A DNA stretch of 64,000 nt from Bacteroidetes bacterium UKL13-3 (GCA_001602415.1 CP012155.1:2676402-2740401), one strand, 5' to 3'; positions 41,866 through 53,663 are shown, counted from the stretch's first letter. The notes: a model not told the origin generated them from the sequence alone. A program made the numbers and translations.

Positions 41866-42258
41866 ATGTTTTCATTTATCAGCATCCTTATTATAGTAGC
41901 CTGCGTGTTGTTAACGTTGGTAGTATTAATTCAAAACCCAAAAGGAGGAGGAATTGCCTCAAACTTTACCTCTCCCAACCAAATCATGGGTGCACGTAGA
42001 TCAACTGATGTGGTTGAAAAAACAACTTGGATTTTGGCAATCGTATTAATAACGTTCTCATTGGCATCAAACTTTTTCCGCCCTTACGGAGAAGCTGATA
42101 CTACTGGTGCAGAAACACGCTTAAAAGAACAAATTGATGGTGCGGCAATGCCTGCTGCTCCAACTCAGCCAGCGCCAATGCAACAGGCTGATCCGAATAC
42201 AGCTCCTGCAGATCAGAGTGCACAACCTACAACTACTGAGCCCGCTCCAGCTAAATAA
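41866..42258 (+). CDS. secG: Preprotein translocase subunit SecG
   Basis: VLIQNPKGGG, EKTTW, two TM helices. Confidence 0.93.
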   Translation: MFSFISILIIVACVLLTLVVLIQNPKGGGIASNFTSPNQIMGARRSTDVVEKTTWILAIVLITFSLASNFFRPYGEADTTGAETRLKEQIDGAAMPAAPTQPAPMQQADPNTAPADQSAQPTTTEPAPAK

Positions 42259-42271
42259 AATATATTAACAA

Positions 42272-42861
42272 GTGACTGAGAGTCCATCAAAACTAAATTA
42301 CTCTGCACTGAAAGTGCAGAGGTTTAGAGGAAGAAGAATGAAATTCTTCTTTCACGTCTCGAGAATCATTGTCCCATCAGTATCGTTAGTCGAATCTCGA
42401 TGATGATCTAAGTACTTTTGTACCATATCATCGGTTATGTTACCTGTACTCCATGCTCCGTAACCTGAGGCCCAAAAGTGACGACCCCAGTAACGCTTCT
42501 CTATCCAAGGATACTCCTGTTGTAACTTACGTGATGTATGACCTTTCAAGCGCTTTACCAAATCAATCACACTTAGTTTAGGAGGGTATTCCAAGTGCAT
42601 GTGTACATGGTCTTTGCTTACTACCCCTTTTAATATTTTAACATCATCCGAATCGCATATTTGAACCAATATATCACGACATCGTTGTTGAACATCACCT
42701 TTTAATACATGATAACGATATTTTGTTACCCATACTATATGAACCGTTAAACGGGTTGTTGTGTGAGATGACTTCCTATCCATGTCTCAAGTTTAAGACT
42801 TTTTCGCTTTACTAAAGACCTTGCACTGAAGTGCATGGTTTTAAACCAGCGTTTGAGACCA
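42272..42861 (-). mobile_element. IS200/IS605 family element (tnpA only)
   Basis: Related subterminal hairpins CTCTGCACT-GAA-AGTGCAGAG (42301-42321) and TGCACT-GA-AGTGCA (42822-42835); TTTAT next to the left end on the minus strand; ends approximate. Confidence 0.85.
42352..42783 (-). CDS. tnpA: IS200/IS605 Y1 transposase
   Basis: HIVWVTKYR, HUH motif DHVHM, KGHTSR, FWASGY, catalytic Tyr in VQKYL. Confidence 0.96.
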   Translation of the reverse strand: MDRKSSHTTTRLTVHIVWVTKYRYHVLKGDVQQRCRDILVQICDSDDVKILKGVVSKDHVHMHLEYPPKLSVIDLVKRLKGHTSRKLQQEYPWIEKRYWGRHFWASGYGAWSTGNITDDMVQKYLDHHRDSTNDTDGTMILET

Positions 42862-43038
42862 ATAAAGGGTATCGTACCCTGTGTAGGGTACTTTACTCAA
42901 CTCATCATCACTTAGGTTTACTGTTTTATATGTGGTTTTTTGAGGGCACCCCGCATCACGGTCTGGGGTGCAATTGTTTAATGAGGTAATGCCAACTATG
43001 GCACTCAGCGCAAGGAGCAACGTATATATATTTTTCAT
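42862..43038 (-). pseudogene. 5' fragment of a lipoprotein gene interrupted by the IS
   Basis: MKNIYTLLLALSAIVGITSLNNC...PYTGYDTLY reads directly into the IS left end. Confidence 0.7.
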
Positions 43039-43350
43039 TTGTTTGGGTATTTGGAGTTTGAGACTTAAACTGATAATTTAATTGTAAATACGGCACCTCA
43101 AAAAAATACTTATAAAAGTATATTCAATTATATGATAATCAATTGTATTAATTTAATGGTAGGGATAAAATCAATAGTGCTAAGTTTTATACTTAACACA
43201 TTGTTTTTATCAAATTGAAAATAATGAGAAGGTGGAGGACAAAAATTAAGTATTGAAAAAATACTTTATTCCGCAATCTTTAGTTGGGAAATTGAGATGA
43301 GTGTTTTGCTTAATTTAATGTACCCCACTATTATTGAAAGCCTGCACCTC

Positions 43351-43386
43351 AAAAAGGGCTGTTGTTAATCAATAACAGCCCTTTTT
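43351..43386 (-). terminator. Intrinsic (bidirectional-type) terminator
   Basis: AAAAAGGGCTGTT...AACAGCCCTTTTT. Confidence 0.8.
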
Positions 43387-43404
43387 GCGTTTTGTAATTT
43401 TGTG

Positions 43405-44118
43405 CTAAACGGTTTCTATATATTTCATCAGCATCCGTTTAGCCAACGGGATAATTGTTTCTTCAAGCGGAAATTCAAAAACACTTTCCACCGAAAAGGT
43501 AGCAGGATTGGGTAATTTTTTGCGGCTACGAATCATATCAATTTTGATATTTTCGGACGTGTTTACGAAACTCTTTTTGTAAGAGGTAAGGTATTGTGTT
43601 TGTACGGAGCGAAAATTTTCCTCATCATGCTGAAAAAACTTAACACTAAACTCATACACTTTTATTTCAGGTATATCTCCATCGCGCACCAGCATGTAAC
43701 CTTCATTGCGGTATATAGGCAAAATGCCAACAGGCGAAAGGTTGATTTCTTTCTCTATAAAATCATAAATCTCTTTCCCTTCATCTAGGTGCTTTTTTAG
43801 TTCGGGAATTGAATAGGAAACAACTTCTTCCAAATGATTCATTAAATCATCATTGCTCATTACTTTGGAAAAAGCCATGCGCAAATTTTTCATGTCTATT
43901 TCTGTTAATCGCTCAGGAAAACTATTGTAAATAGCTTGTTTCTGTTCCACAAAACTGGTAAGGTTTCGGTAATGAAAAACGAGATCGCTTAAAGCAGGAT
44001 ACAAACGTGTTTCGGTAAACTGCGCATGCACATCTTGCAAATAAGCCAAGAGTACATATTTTTTGTACTCAAAATCAGGAAGGTCTTCAAAAAACCAATT
44101 TGGTCGCAACGATTTCAT
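43405..44118 (-). CDS. Conserved Bacteroidota hypothetical protein
   Basis: DFEYKKYVLLAYL, PVGILPIY, LPNPATF, PLEETIIPLAKR. Confidence 0.8.
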   Translation of the reverse strand: MKSLRPNWFFEDLPDFEYKKYVLLAYLQDVHAQFTETRLYPALSDLVFHYRNLTSFVEQKQAIYNSFPERLTEIDMKNLRMAFSKVMSNDDLMNHLEEVVSYSIPELKKHLDEGKEIYDFIEKEINLSPVGILPIYRNEGYMLVRDGDIPEIKVYEFSVKFFQHDEENFRSVQTQYLTSYKKSFVNTSENIKIDMIRSRKKLPNPATFSVESVFEFPLEETIIPLAKRMLMKYIETV

Positions 44119-44217
44119 ATTCGATACAATTAAAAGGTTACCAATAATTAGTTAACGTGAATATAAAAAAGGAATTGTTTGAATCATACACCCCCTTTTT
44201 AAGAAGTGTGTAAATTT

Positions 44218-45717
44218 TTAGAATCGCTTCCGCAAACAAATATTCAATCCTACAAAATACGGATGCTGTTGCACCCAGCGATCGTTACCTATCATTGAGG
44301 CTACGCTGTATTTAAACGTTGGCACAAAACCTACCGAAACATTGTCTCCAAACCGATATGATACTTGAGGCATCAAACTCACAAAAACTGAATTCTTTAT
44401 TTGCGGAAAGGCATTCTTATCCTTTAACGCAAAAACGCCCTTATTGTCATACGAAACCATTCCGGCATCTACACCGTTAATAATAGCGTAACTCGCACCC
44501 GCTTGTACATCCAAATCCCAACGTTCACCCTTACGCACGTTATAGTTTATCATCAATGGTATTTCTGTCCACGAGTATTTGATACGGTTGGTATACCCAT
44601 TTCCAGTAATTACAGAATCCATGGTATAAACAGGACCAAGTGTTTCATTGGGATTAATTGGATTGGTTGCCGCTACCGTATTGTAATCAAACTGCTGCGT
44701 AAAATTTGTCATCATCAAACCAGATGAAATCATCCATTTTTTAGAAATGCGGTAATCTAGTAAAAATCCACCCGACCAATCAACATCTGCACGTTCCAAA
44801 TTTTTTCGAAGCGCAATGTTTTCACCAAAATTAAATTGAGGATTTGAAGGTGTTGCATAATCCATCAAACACAAGTGCGCTCCAGCCAAAATGCTAATGG
44901 AGAATTTAGTTAAACCTTCATCGGACTTGGTATTGGTGCTGTATGTGACACTCACATTGGCTGTATCTTGTTTCTCCACCGCTGGTGTTACTTCACGAAC
45001 ATCATTTTTTGCAGTTACCATTGGTAGGTCAATCGGCTCTATTTCACTAGCCACTGAACCCTTATTAACTATTGGTTGTTCGCTTATAATTGCTTTGTTT
45101 GAAACCGAATGTACTTGCGGCAAGGTATTATCCCAAAAGTCTGAATTTCGGTCTTTAACTTTTGGTGAACCAATTGATTGATTCGCTTTTGACGTATTTA
45201 ATTTCATCAGTTGGCGCGAATCCCTATTTTGACTTGTGGCTAATAACGGTTTGGGTGCTTTTGGGGTTGTTGTTTCCGTTTGTGGGGCAACCCTATTAGT
45301 GGTATTTGTTGCTGTTATTTTCGAGTTGCTAGCAGAAGTATTCGAAACACTTTCTGTTTGAGGTTGCTTAACAGTATACGTTTCGACAACAGCTAAGGGT
45401 AATTCTTGCTTGTTCCATTCGGAACCAACCCATAAACCAATAGTAAATAAAAAGGCAAGTGCACCCAAGCCGTAGTATTTTAAACGCGTGTTGGGATTTT
45501 TTTCAGCAGGTAACTCGGCAGCAATTTTCTCCCAAGTATCAGAATACGGTACTTGCTCAAAGTTTTCGAGATTATTTTTTACACCCGTTTCAAACCCATC
45601 TTTGGTTATATCCGCATCAATACGATACCACAACGATGTGGAAGGTTTGTATTCCATATCGCCCAACTGCTCTTGTAGCTGATCTTCAAATTTTTTATGT
45701 AGCCTGAAAAGGTTCAT
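44218..45717 (-). CDS. Putative dual-membrane-spanning anti-sigma factor (TM, disordered linker, C-terminal outer-membrane beta-barrel)
   Basis: Overlaps the ECF sigma gene; N-terminal helical motif, TM helix, S/T/P-rich linker, beta-strand C-terminus ending in Phe. Confidence 0.7.
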   Translation of the reverse strand: MNLFRLHKKFEDQLQEQLGDMEYKPSTSLWYRIDADITKDGFETGVKNNLENFEQVPYSDTWEKIAAELPAEKNPNTRLKYYGLGALAFLFTIGLWVGSEWNKQELPLAVVETYTVKQPQTESVSNTSASNSKITATNTTNRVAPQTETTTPKAPKPLLATSQNRDSRQLMKLNTSKANQSIGSPKVKDRNSDFWDNTLPQVHSVSNKAIISEQPIVNKGSVASEIEPIDLPMVTAKNDVREVTPAVEKQDTANVSVTYSTNTKSDEGLTKFSISILAGAHLCLMDYATPSNPQFNFGENIALRKNLERADVDWSGGFLLDYRISKKWMISSGLMMTNFTQQFDYNTVAATNPINPNETLGPVYTMDSVITGNGYTNRIKYSWTEIPLMINYNVRKGERWDLDVQAGASYAIINGVDAGMVSYDNKGVFALKDKNAFPQIKNSVFVSLMPQVSYRFGDNVSVGFVPTFKYSVASMIGNDRWVQQHPYFVGLNICLRKRF

Positions 45718-46255
45718 TTAATATCTGATAATGTTTGGCCAAAGCCGCTTGCATATATTGTTTTGCTCTCGAATACTGAGATTTTGATGTTCCTTCCGCA
45801 ATTCCCAATAACTCCGAAATCTCCCTGTGGGTATATCCCTCAACAGCATATAAGTTAAATACCATTCGGTATCCTTCGGGCATTTGCTGAACCAATGCCA
45901 CAATTTCTTTAGCCGAAATCCTACTCACAATATCATCTTCAAATGGAGCATCGTACCCAACTTGGTCCAAATCTTCCTGAAACTTACGACTGCGGTGCTT
46001 AAACCAATTGATGGCTGTAAAAATCATGATTCTTCGAATCCACCCCTCAAAACTGCCTTCGTTTTTAAATTTAGCTATATTTTGAAATACTTTGATAAAT
46101 CCTTCCTGCAACATATCCTCTGCCTCGGCTCTATCCTTAGCATAGCGCATGCATACCCCTAACATTTTAGAGGCAAAATGAGCGTATAAACACTTTTGCG
46201 ATAAGCGTTTACCATCGATACAGTCGCGGATAATATCTTTTTCTACATACACCAT
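45695..46255 (-). CDS. ECF RNA polymerase sigma factor
   Basis: AEDMLQEGFIKVF, SFEGWIRRI, GYTHREISELLGIAEGTSKSQ. Confidence 0.95.
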   Translation of the reverse strand: MVYVEKDIIRDCIDGKRLSQKCLYAHFASKMLGVCMRYAKDRAEAEDMLQEGFIKVFQNIAKFKNEGSFEGWIRRIMIFTAINWFKHRSRKFQEDLDQVGYDAPFEDDIVSRISAKEIVALVQQMPEGYRMVFNLYAVEGYTHREISELLGIAEGTSKSQYSRAKQYMQAALAKHYQILNEPFQAT

Positions 46256-46459
46256 GGGTTACATGCGCTTACGTATAAGTCAAATATGGTATTTGAACAG
46301 TTGTATGGCAGGCTAATTTTAGGATAAAAGTACTTACTGACAGGCTTACCTGCAAATTTATCGCTCAAAAGTGAAAATCTGTCACACTTTTACCGTTGGC
46401 ATCAATTGTGTAAATTGGGTTTGTACCAAATTAACAACTTAAAACAAATCATTATATCT

Positions 46460-46735
46460 ATGTCAGTTAGCTTAAAACCATTAGCAGACCGAGTTCTGGT
46501 AGAACCCGCTGCAGCAGAAGAGAAAACAGCTTCAGGATTGTACATTCCTGATACAGCTAAAGAAAAACCACAAAGAGGAAAAGTGGTAGCCGCTGGTGAA
46601 GGCAAAAAAGATGAACCTATGACCGTTAAAGCAGGCGATACCGTTTTGTACGGTAAATACGCAGGTACTGAAATTACCGTAGATGGTAAAGATTACCTCA
46701 TCATGCGCGAATCAGATATTTTCGCAATTATCTAG
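46460..46735 (+). CDS. groES: Co-chaperonin GroES
   Basis: [22 protein letters not shown]. Confidence 0.98.
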   Translation: MSVSLKPLADRVLVEPAAAEEKTASGLYIPDTAKEKPQRGKVVAAGEGKKDEPMTVKAGDTVLYGKYAGTEITVDGKDYLIMRESDIFAII

Positions 46736-46736
46736 G

Positions 46737-48498
<1,762 letters not shown>

Positions 48499-48522
48499 GC
48501 CAATTTTGAATTGAGAATTAGG

Positions 48523-48540
48523 TCCCGATAGTTATCGGGA
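48523..48540. repeat. REP-like palindrome TCCCGATA-GT-TATCGGGA
   Basis: Perfect 8-bp inverted repeat embedded in GAATT-type short repeats. Confidence 0.65.
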
Positions 48541-48558
48541 GAGAATTTTTAAGGATAG

Positions 48559-48595
48559 AAAAACCCGAACTACTGAAAAGTGGTTCGGGTTTTTT
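48559..48595 (+). terminator. groEL terminator
   Basis: AAAACCCGAAC...GTTCGGGTTTTTT. Confidence 0.85.
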
Positions 48596-48627
48596 GTTTG
48601 ATTTTATTTCTTTACTTCACCTTTTAC

Positions 48628-49797
48628 TTATTGTTTCACAACTTTAATTGTTTGAGTAGATCCATGTTCGAATTCAACTTTAAGAAAGTAGTGACCATTA
48701 TTCATTTCGGACAAGTCAATTCTAGAGCTAACTAAGTTGGTGAAATCCTTTACTATTCGTCCGAATATATCTATAACCTTGACCCTAACAATTGTGCCTG
48801 TATTTCCATTTAGTGTTAGGTACGAAACAAATGGATTGGGATAAACTTCCAAGTTATTGTTGCTAGAAATAAACTCACTGATAGATGTTGTATTGTTTAA
48901 TTCTATGTTCAACAACAAATCTCCAATTACAGTTATTTTCTTACTAAATTTTGGGATACCATCCATGATAACATAGACTATGTAATCACCTTCCCCGATA
49001 TTTGAGAGTTGGTAATTTTTTGTTTGCACAGCAGAAGTAGTATGCTGGTAAGTTTCGGTTTGATTGGCGTTAAACAGCAGTATGGATGCTTGTGCAGAAT
49101 ATTGAAGGCTATTGGCTATTGATAATTTACCGCTAATAGAAAACATACCATTCAACTGATTACTGTTTGATAAGTCGAAGTCAAGGTTATTTATACTAAG
49201 GTTATTGAGAATAATAAGAGAGGCACTATCAAGGATTGGGGTATTGCCATAGTATTTGGAAATAGTATTTTGAGATATTGCTAGTAAGGTATCTAACAAA
49301 GGTTGCACCCATACAACGAATGTGTCATTTACTAAATTGGTAAACTTGTAAGATCCGTTTTCATCTAGCGGAGTTGTTTTTAGAAATGTAAAACCTCCAC
49401 CCCTCTTTTTTAACAAGAATGCATTACCTACAGTTATGGGTGTATTATTGGAAACTACTTTACCCGAAAGACTATAAGTGTTTGTAGCATTTATATTTAG
49501 GACTTGAGTGTTTGTATGAATTGTATTCCAAAACCCTGAGTCACCGATTAGACTCACCCACTTTTGAAGATTTACAATCACTGGATGGTTACCACCTGCA
49601 GCAAACTCAAATACAGCAACCGGAGACGAAGGGTTTGTTCTAGATATAAAACTACCAGCTGCAGAAATATCCCAAAAGACACGGAATGAATCGTTTGGAA
49701 AGTTTGATGTATTCCTACTACTGGTTAAAGTTGCTGTTAAATTATTTACAGATGCAGAAAAACTAACTGTTTGTGCACTTTCTCCAAAATTTCCATA
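48628..49797 (-). pseudogene. T9SS type A sorting domain protein that has lost its start codon and signal peptide
   Basis: Frame is open from 49797 (…ESA/QTVSFSASV…) with no ATG before an in-frame TGA; C-terminal YPNPF...KVVKQ CTD. Confidence 0.65.
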
Positions 49798-49941
49798 TCA
49801 TCTTTACAACTCACATAACGAAACAATTATACAACTAAAAAGAAATATGAGTAGTTTTAAAACCGGCCCTCATGGTTTAACGAGTGCTTGCATTGGCTTT
49901 TTTATGCGGAATGATTATCTTTATATTTCTAAACACTATTG

Positions 49942-50499
49942 ATGATGAAAACAGCTATCAAAACGCTCAGCCTTGCATCTTTTCTATTTTGTTTGTGTTC
50001 CTTTGATTTACCAAAAGGATGGCATGCAGCAGGCAGTAAACCCAATAGTTACGAAATGGGAATAGATAAAGGTAAAGGACGTGAAGGCAACAATTGCGCA
50101 ATCATTCAGTCTAAAGACAAAAAAATAAAAGGCTTTGGTACGTTGATGCAAACTTCCAGCCCAGTAAAATATAGCGGCAAAAGGGTGAAAATGAGCGGAT
50201 GGATTAAAACAGAAAACGTTAAAGGGTGGGTTGGTATGTGGTTTAGGGTGGATAAAGGAAATCGTTCCATTGCGTTCGATAATATGGGAACGCGCCCCAT
50301 TAAAGGCACAACAGAATGGAAACAATATGAAATTATTCTGGATGTTGCCGAAGAAGCCGACATGCTTGCCTATGGGGTTTTACTTGGTGGCACCGGAAAG
50401 GTTTGGTTTGATGATATTCAGTTCGATATCGTTGATGCAACTACAACCACCACAGATAAAATGAAACTGGAGCCGAGTAACCTAAAATTTGAAGAATAA
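49942..50499 (+). CDS. Secreted hypothetical protein with a galactose-binding-like/CBM-like fold
   Basis: GFGTLMQ...GKRV...WxRVD...FDNM...GTTEW...VWFDD pattern. Confidence 0.7.
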   Translation: MMKTAIKTLSLASFLFCLCSFDLPKGWHAAGSKPNSYEMGIDKGKGREGNNCAIIQSKDKKIKGFGTLMQTSSPVKYSGKRVKMSGWIKTENVKGWVGMWFRVDKGNRSIAFDNMGTRPIKGTTEWKQYEIILDVAEEADMLAYGVLLGGTGKVWFDDIQFDIVDATTTTTDKMKLEPSNLKFEE

Positions 50500-50672
50500 T
50501 CCTATTTCACACAAAATATTTAATCAATTATTCTGTTTAAATCTCACTTATTCATTACGCAAAACCATTGAGTTGTAAGAATACGTTAGCGACTCTAATC
50601 TTGCAACCAGCATACGCTCATCAGGCAATGGAGATGTGAAATACCAAAGAATACACACCTAGAATTAAGCAT

Positions 50673-50704
50673 AAAAAAACGAGGATGGAATGTCCTCGTT
50701 TTTT
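50673..50704. terminator. Bidirectional terminator
   Basis: AAAAAAACGAGGA...TCCTCGTTTTTT. Confidence 0.8.
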
Positions 50705-50723
50705 GTTTTATCAATTCAATAGT

Positions 50724-51800
50724 TTAAGCTGCTACACCCGCTGCCTTTAAATGCGATAGATGCGATTTAATAGCACTGAACACAGTAGGGAATTCTTTAT
50801 ATACAATACCAAACTCTGAGCATGTTTGTTTCACAATTTTATTAATCTCAGGATAATGAACGTGTGAGATACGAGGAAATAAGTGATGTTCCACTTGGAA
50901 GTTTAATCCACCCAATAACCAACTCATGCTTTTACTTTTAGTAGCAAAATTTACCGTTGTATTAATTTGGTGTTTAGCCCATTCGGTTTCAATTTTCATG
51001 TTATCGCTGGTAGGGGTAATAAACTCAGCTTCTTCAACAACATGAGCTAACTGAAACACGATCGAAATAACAACACCAGCAGTGAAAGCCATAACTAAAT
51101 AACCTACAATGGTTGGAACAATGCCTACAAAAAAGAATGGAACCAAAATGAAAAAAAACACGTATAACACTTTCGAAACCCAAAAATTAATATGCTCTGC
51201 CACGCTCATTTTGGTCATGTGGGTGTGTTCGGCTATTTTACCAGAGAAATATTTCTTAAAATCATTTGAGAATACCCAAAATAAATAGGTAATACCGTAT
51301 AAAAATAAACTGTATACGTGTTGAAATCGATGAAACCAATATCTCGGTTGATTATTATGCACTCTTATAAACGGTTTAATATCGATATCATCATCCATTC
51401 CTTCAACATTGGTATAGGAGTGATGATTAATATTATGCTTCTGAGACCAAATATAAACGTTACCTCCAAGCACATTTAAGCTGAAGCCCATAAATTTATT
51501 CACCCATTTTCGCGAAGAATAACTTCCATGCGCACCATCATGCATTACATTAAATCCAATTGCTGCAACAATAACTCCCATTATAATGCAAATAACTGTT
51601 GAGAAAAGGTTGGACTCGGGTGTATTAAACACTAACCAGAGATATGACAAAACGAGTGATGAAACCAAAATTGCCGTTTTGAAATATAACTTATAATTTC
51701 CAGTTTCTTTGATGCTTTTGTTTTCAAAATAAGCATTCACTCTCGTCTTAAGAGTATTGAAAAATTCGGGGTTGCTGTTGTTGAATTTAATTTTTGACAT
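50724..51800 (-). CDS. Acyl-CoA desaturase (linoleoyl-CoA desaturase-like)
   Basis: His boxes HDGAH, HNINHH, QVEHHLFP. Confidence 0.93.
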   Translation of the reverse strand: MSKIKFNNSNPEFFNTLKTRVNAYFENKSIKETGNYKLYFKTAILVSSLVLSYLWLVFNTPESNLFSTVICIIMGVIVAAIGFNVMHDGAHGSYSSRKWVNKFMGFSLNVLGGNVYIWSQKHNINHHSYTNVEGMDDDIDIKPFIRVHNNQPRYWFHRFQHVYSLFLYGITYLFWVFSNDFKKYFSGKIAEHTHMTKMSVAEHINFWVSKVLYVFFFILVPFFFVGIVPTIVGYLVMAFTAGVVISIVFQLAHVVEEAEFITPTSDNMKIETEWAKHQINTTVNFATKSKSMSWLLGGLNFQVEHHLFPRISHVHYPEINKIVKQTCSEFGIVYKEFPTVFSAIKSHLSHLKAAGVAA

Positions 51801-51873
51801 GTAACAATAAATATTCGTTACACAATAATACGCTTTAAAACATATTAGTCAACACACTGCAACCTCCGCTCGC

Positions 51874-51887
51874 ATGATACATATCAT
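51874..51887. promoter_or_regulatory. CRP/FNR-like box ATGAT-N4-ATCAT
   Basis: Perfect 5+5 palindrome between the divergent desaturase and fhs genes. Confidence 0.5.
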
Positions 51888-51989
51888 TCAACAAAATGAC
51901 AATACTCTTGTTATGAATGAATTATACAGAAATCCTGCAACAAACGTTGCGATTGATACTTTTGTAAAAAAAAGTACATTCGCAATACT

Positions 51990-53663
51990 ATGGCATCAGA
52001 TATTGAAATAGCACAAAAGGCTACCCTACAACCCATTCAGCATATTGCAACCAAATTGGGCATTGCAACGGATGATCTTATTCCTTACGGAAAATACAAA
52101 GCCAAACTTCCACTCACCTATATAGACGAGGAAAAGGTTAAAAACTGTAAACTCATTTTGGTTTCAGCCATAACACCAACTCCAGCCGGTGAGGGAAAAA
52201 CAACCACATCTGTTGGACTCAATGAAGGACTAAACAAGATCGGATTGAAATCAACCGTTGTGCTGAGAGAGCCTTCATTAGGACCCGTATTTGGTATGAA
52301 GGGTGGGGCAACCGGAGGAGGTTACGCACAAGTTGTTCCGATGGAAGATATTAACCTACATTTTACAGGTGATTTTGCTGCTGTTGAAAAAGCGCACAAC
52401 TTACTCTCGGCCTTAATTGAAAATCAAATTCAAGCTAAAGATCCATTGGTGCATATTGATCCTACAAGTGTTGTATGGAAACGTGTGATGGACATGAACG
52501 ACCGAGCATTGCGCAAAATTATTGTTGCCCTTGGAGGCAAAAGCAATGGCTACCCACGCGAAACAGGATTTGACATAACAGTGGCTTCGGAAGTGATGGC
52601 TATTTTGTGCTTATCCAAAAACCTAATGGACCTAAAAGAACGATTGGGGAATATTTACATTGGAAAAGCAATGGATGGAAAATCTGTTTTTGCCAAAGAT
52701 ATTAAAGCCAATGGAGCCATGGCTGCTTTGCTTAAAGATGCAATTCAACCCAATTTGGTGCAAACATTGGAAGGCAACCCTGCTATTATTCATGGCGGTC
52801 CGTTTGCCAATATTGCACAAGGAACCAATACCTTGATTGCAACTAAAACAGCGATGAGCCTGAGTGATTACGTTGTAACAGAAGCAGGTTTTGCCTTTGA
52901 TTTAGGTGGAGAGAAGTTTTTAGATATCAAATGTAGAATGGGAGGAATCCAACCGCGCCTTGTGGTGTTGGTTGCTACTATTCGTGCGCTTAAATCACAT
53001 GGTGGAGTGGCTAAAGATGAGTTGAAACACGAGAATGTGGAAGCCATGAAAAAAGGGTTTGATAACTTGGAAAAACACCTTGAGAATGTGGCCTCATTTG
53101 GATTGAAAGCGCTGGTTGCTATCAATCGTTTTCCAACCGATTCGCAAGCAGAAATTGATGCATTATTGACTTTGTGTAAAGAAAAAAACATTGCTGTTTC
53201 CTTAAGCGAAGTATGGGCAAAAGGAGGAGAAGGAGCTATTGATTTAGCCACACAAGCAAAAGCCATGATTGATGCTTCGGAGATGAAACCGCTGCAACAT
53301 GTATATGAATTGGATTGGCCCATTAAACAGAAGATTGAGGCCATTTCGCAAAAAATATACGGAGCTGCAATGGTTGAGTTTCAACCCAAAGCCCTAAGTG
53401 ACATAAAACGCATCGAAAAACTTGGATACGGAAATTTAGCTGTATGTATGGCTAAAACACAATATTCGTTTTCAGATGATGCCAAGAAAATAAACCGCCC
53501 AACAGGATTCACGTTAACCATAAGGGAAATAGAATTAGCTGCCGGAGCAGGCTTTATCATACCAATGGCTGGAGAAATTATGCGCATGCCTGGACTACCC
53601 AATAACCCTGCTGCCGAGAGCATTGATGTAGATGAATTTGGGAATATTTCGGGTTTGTTTTAA
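51990..53663 (+). CDS. fhs: Formate--tetrahydrofolate ligase
   Basis: TPTPAGEGKTT, GMKGGATGGGY, HGGPFANIA, MAKTQYSFSD. Confidence 0.97.
   Translation: MASDIEIAQKATLQPIQHIATKLGIATDDLIPYGKYKAKLPLTYIDEEKVKNCKLILVSAITPTPAGEGKTTTSVGLNEGLNKIGLKSTVVLREPSLGPVFGMKGGATGGGYAQVVPMEDINLHFTGDFAAVEKAHNLLSALIENQIQAKDPLVHIDPTSVVWKRVMDMNDRALRKIIVALGGKSNGYPRETGFDITVASEVMAILCLSKNLMDLKERLGNIYIGKAMDGKSVFAKDIKANGAMAALLKDAIQPNLVQTLEGNPAIIHGGPFANIAQGTNTLIATKTAMSLSDYVVTEAGFAFDLGGEKFLDIKCRMGGIQPRLVVLVATIRALKSHGGVAKDELKHENVEAMKKGFDNLEKHLENVASFGLKALVAINRFPTDSQAEIDALLTLCKEKNIAVSLSEVWAKGGEGAIDLATQAKAMIDASEMKPLQHVYELDWPIKQKIEAISQKIYGAAMVEFQPKALSDIKRIEKLGYGNLAVCMAKTQYSFSDDAKKINRPTGFTLTIREIELAAGAGFIIPMAGEIMRMPGLPNNPAAESIDVDEFGNISGLF

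Noticed and set aside
43093-43355. 12-bp direct repeat GCACCTCAAAAA as a target-site duplication
   Set aside because: It is short and A-rich, the second copy merges into a terminator, and nothing recognisable lies between the copies.
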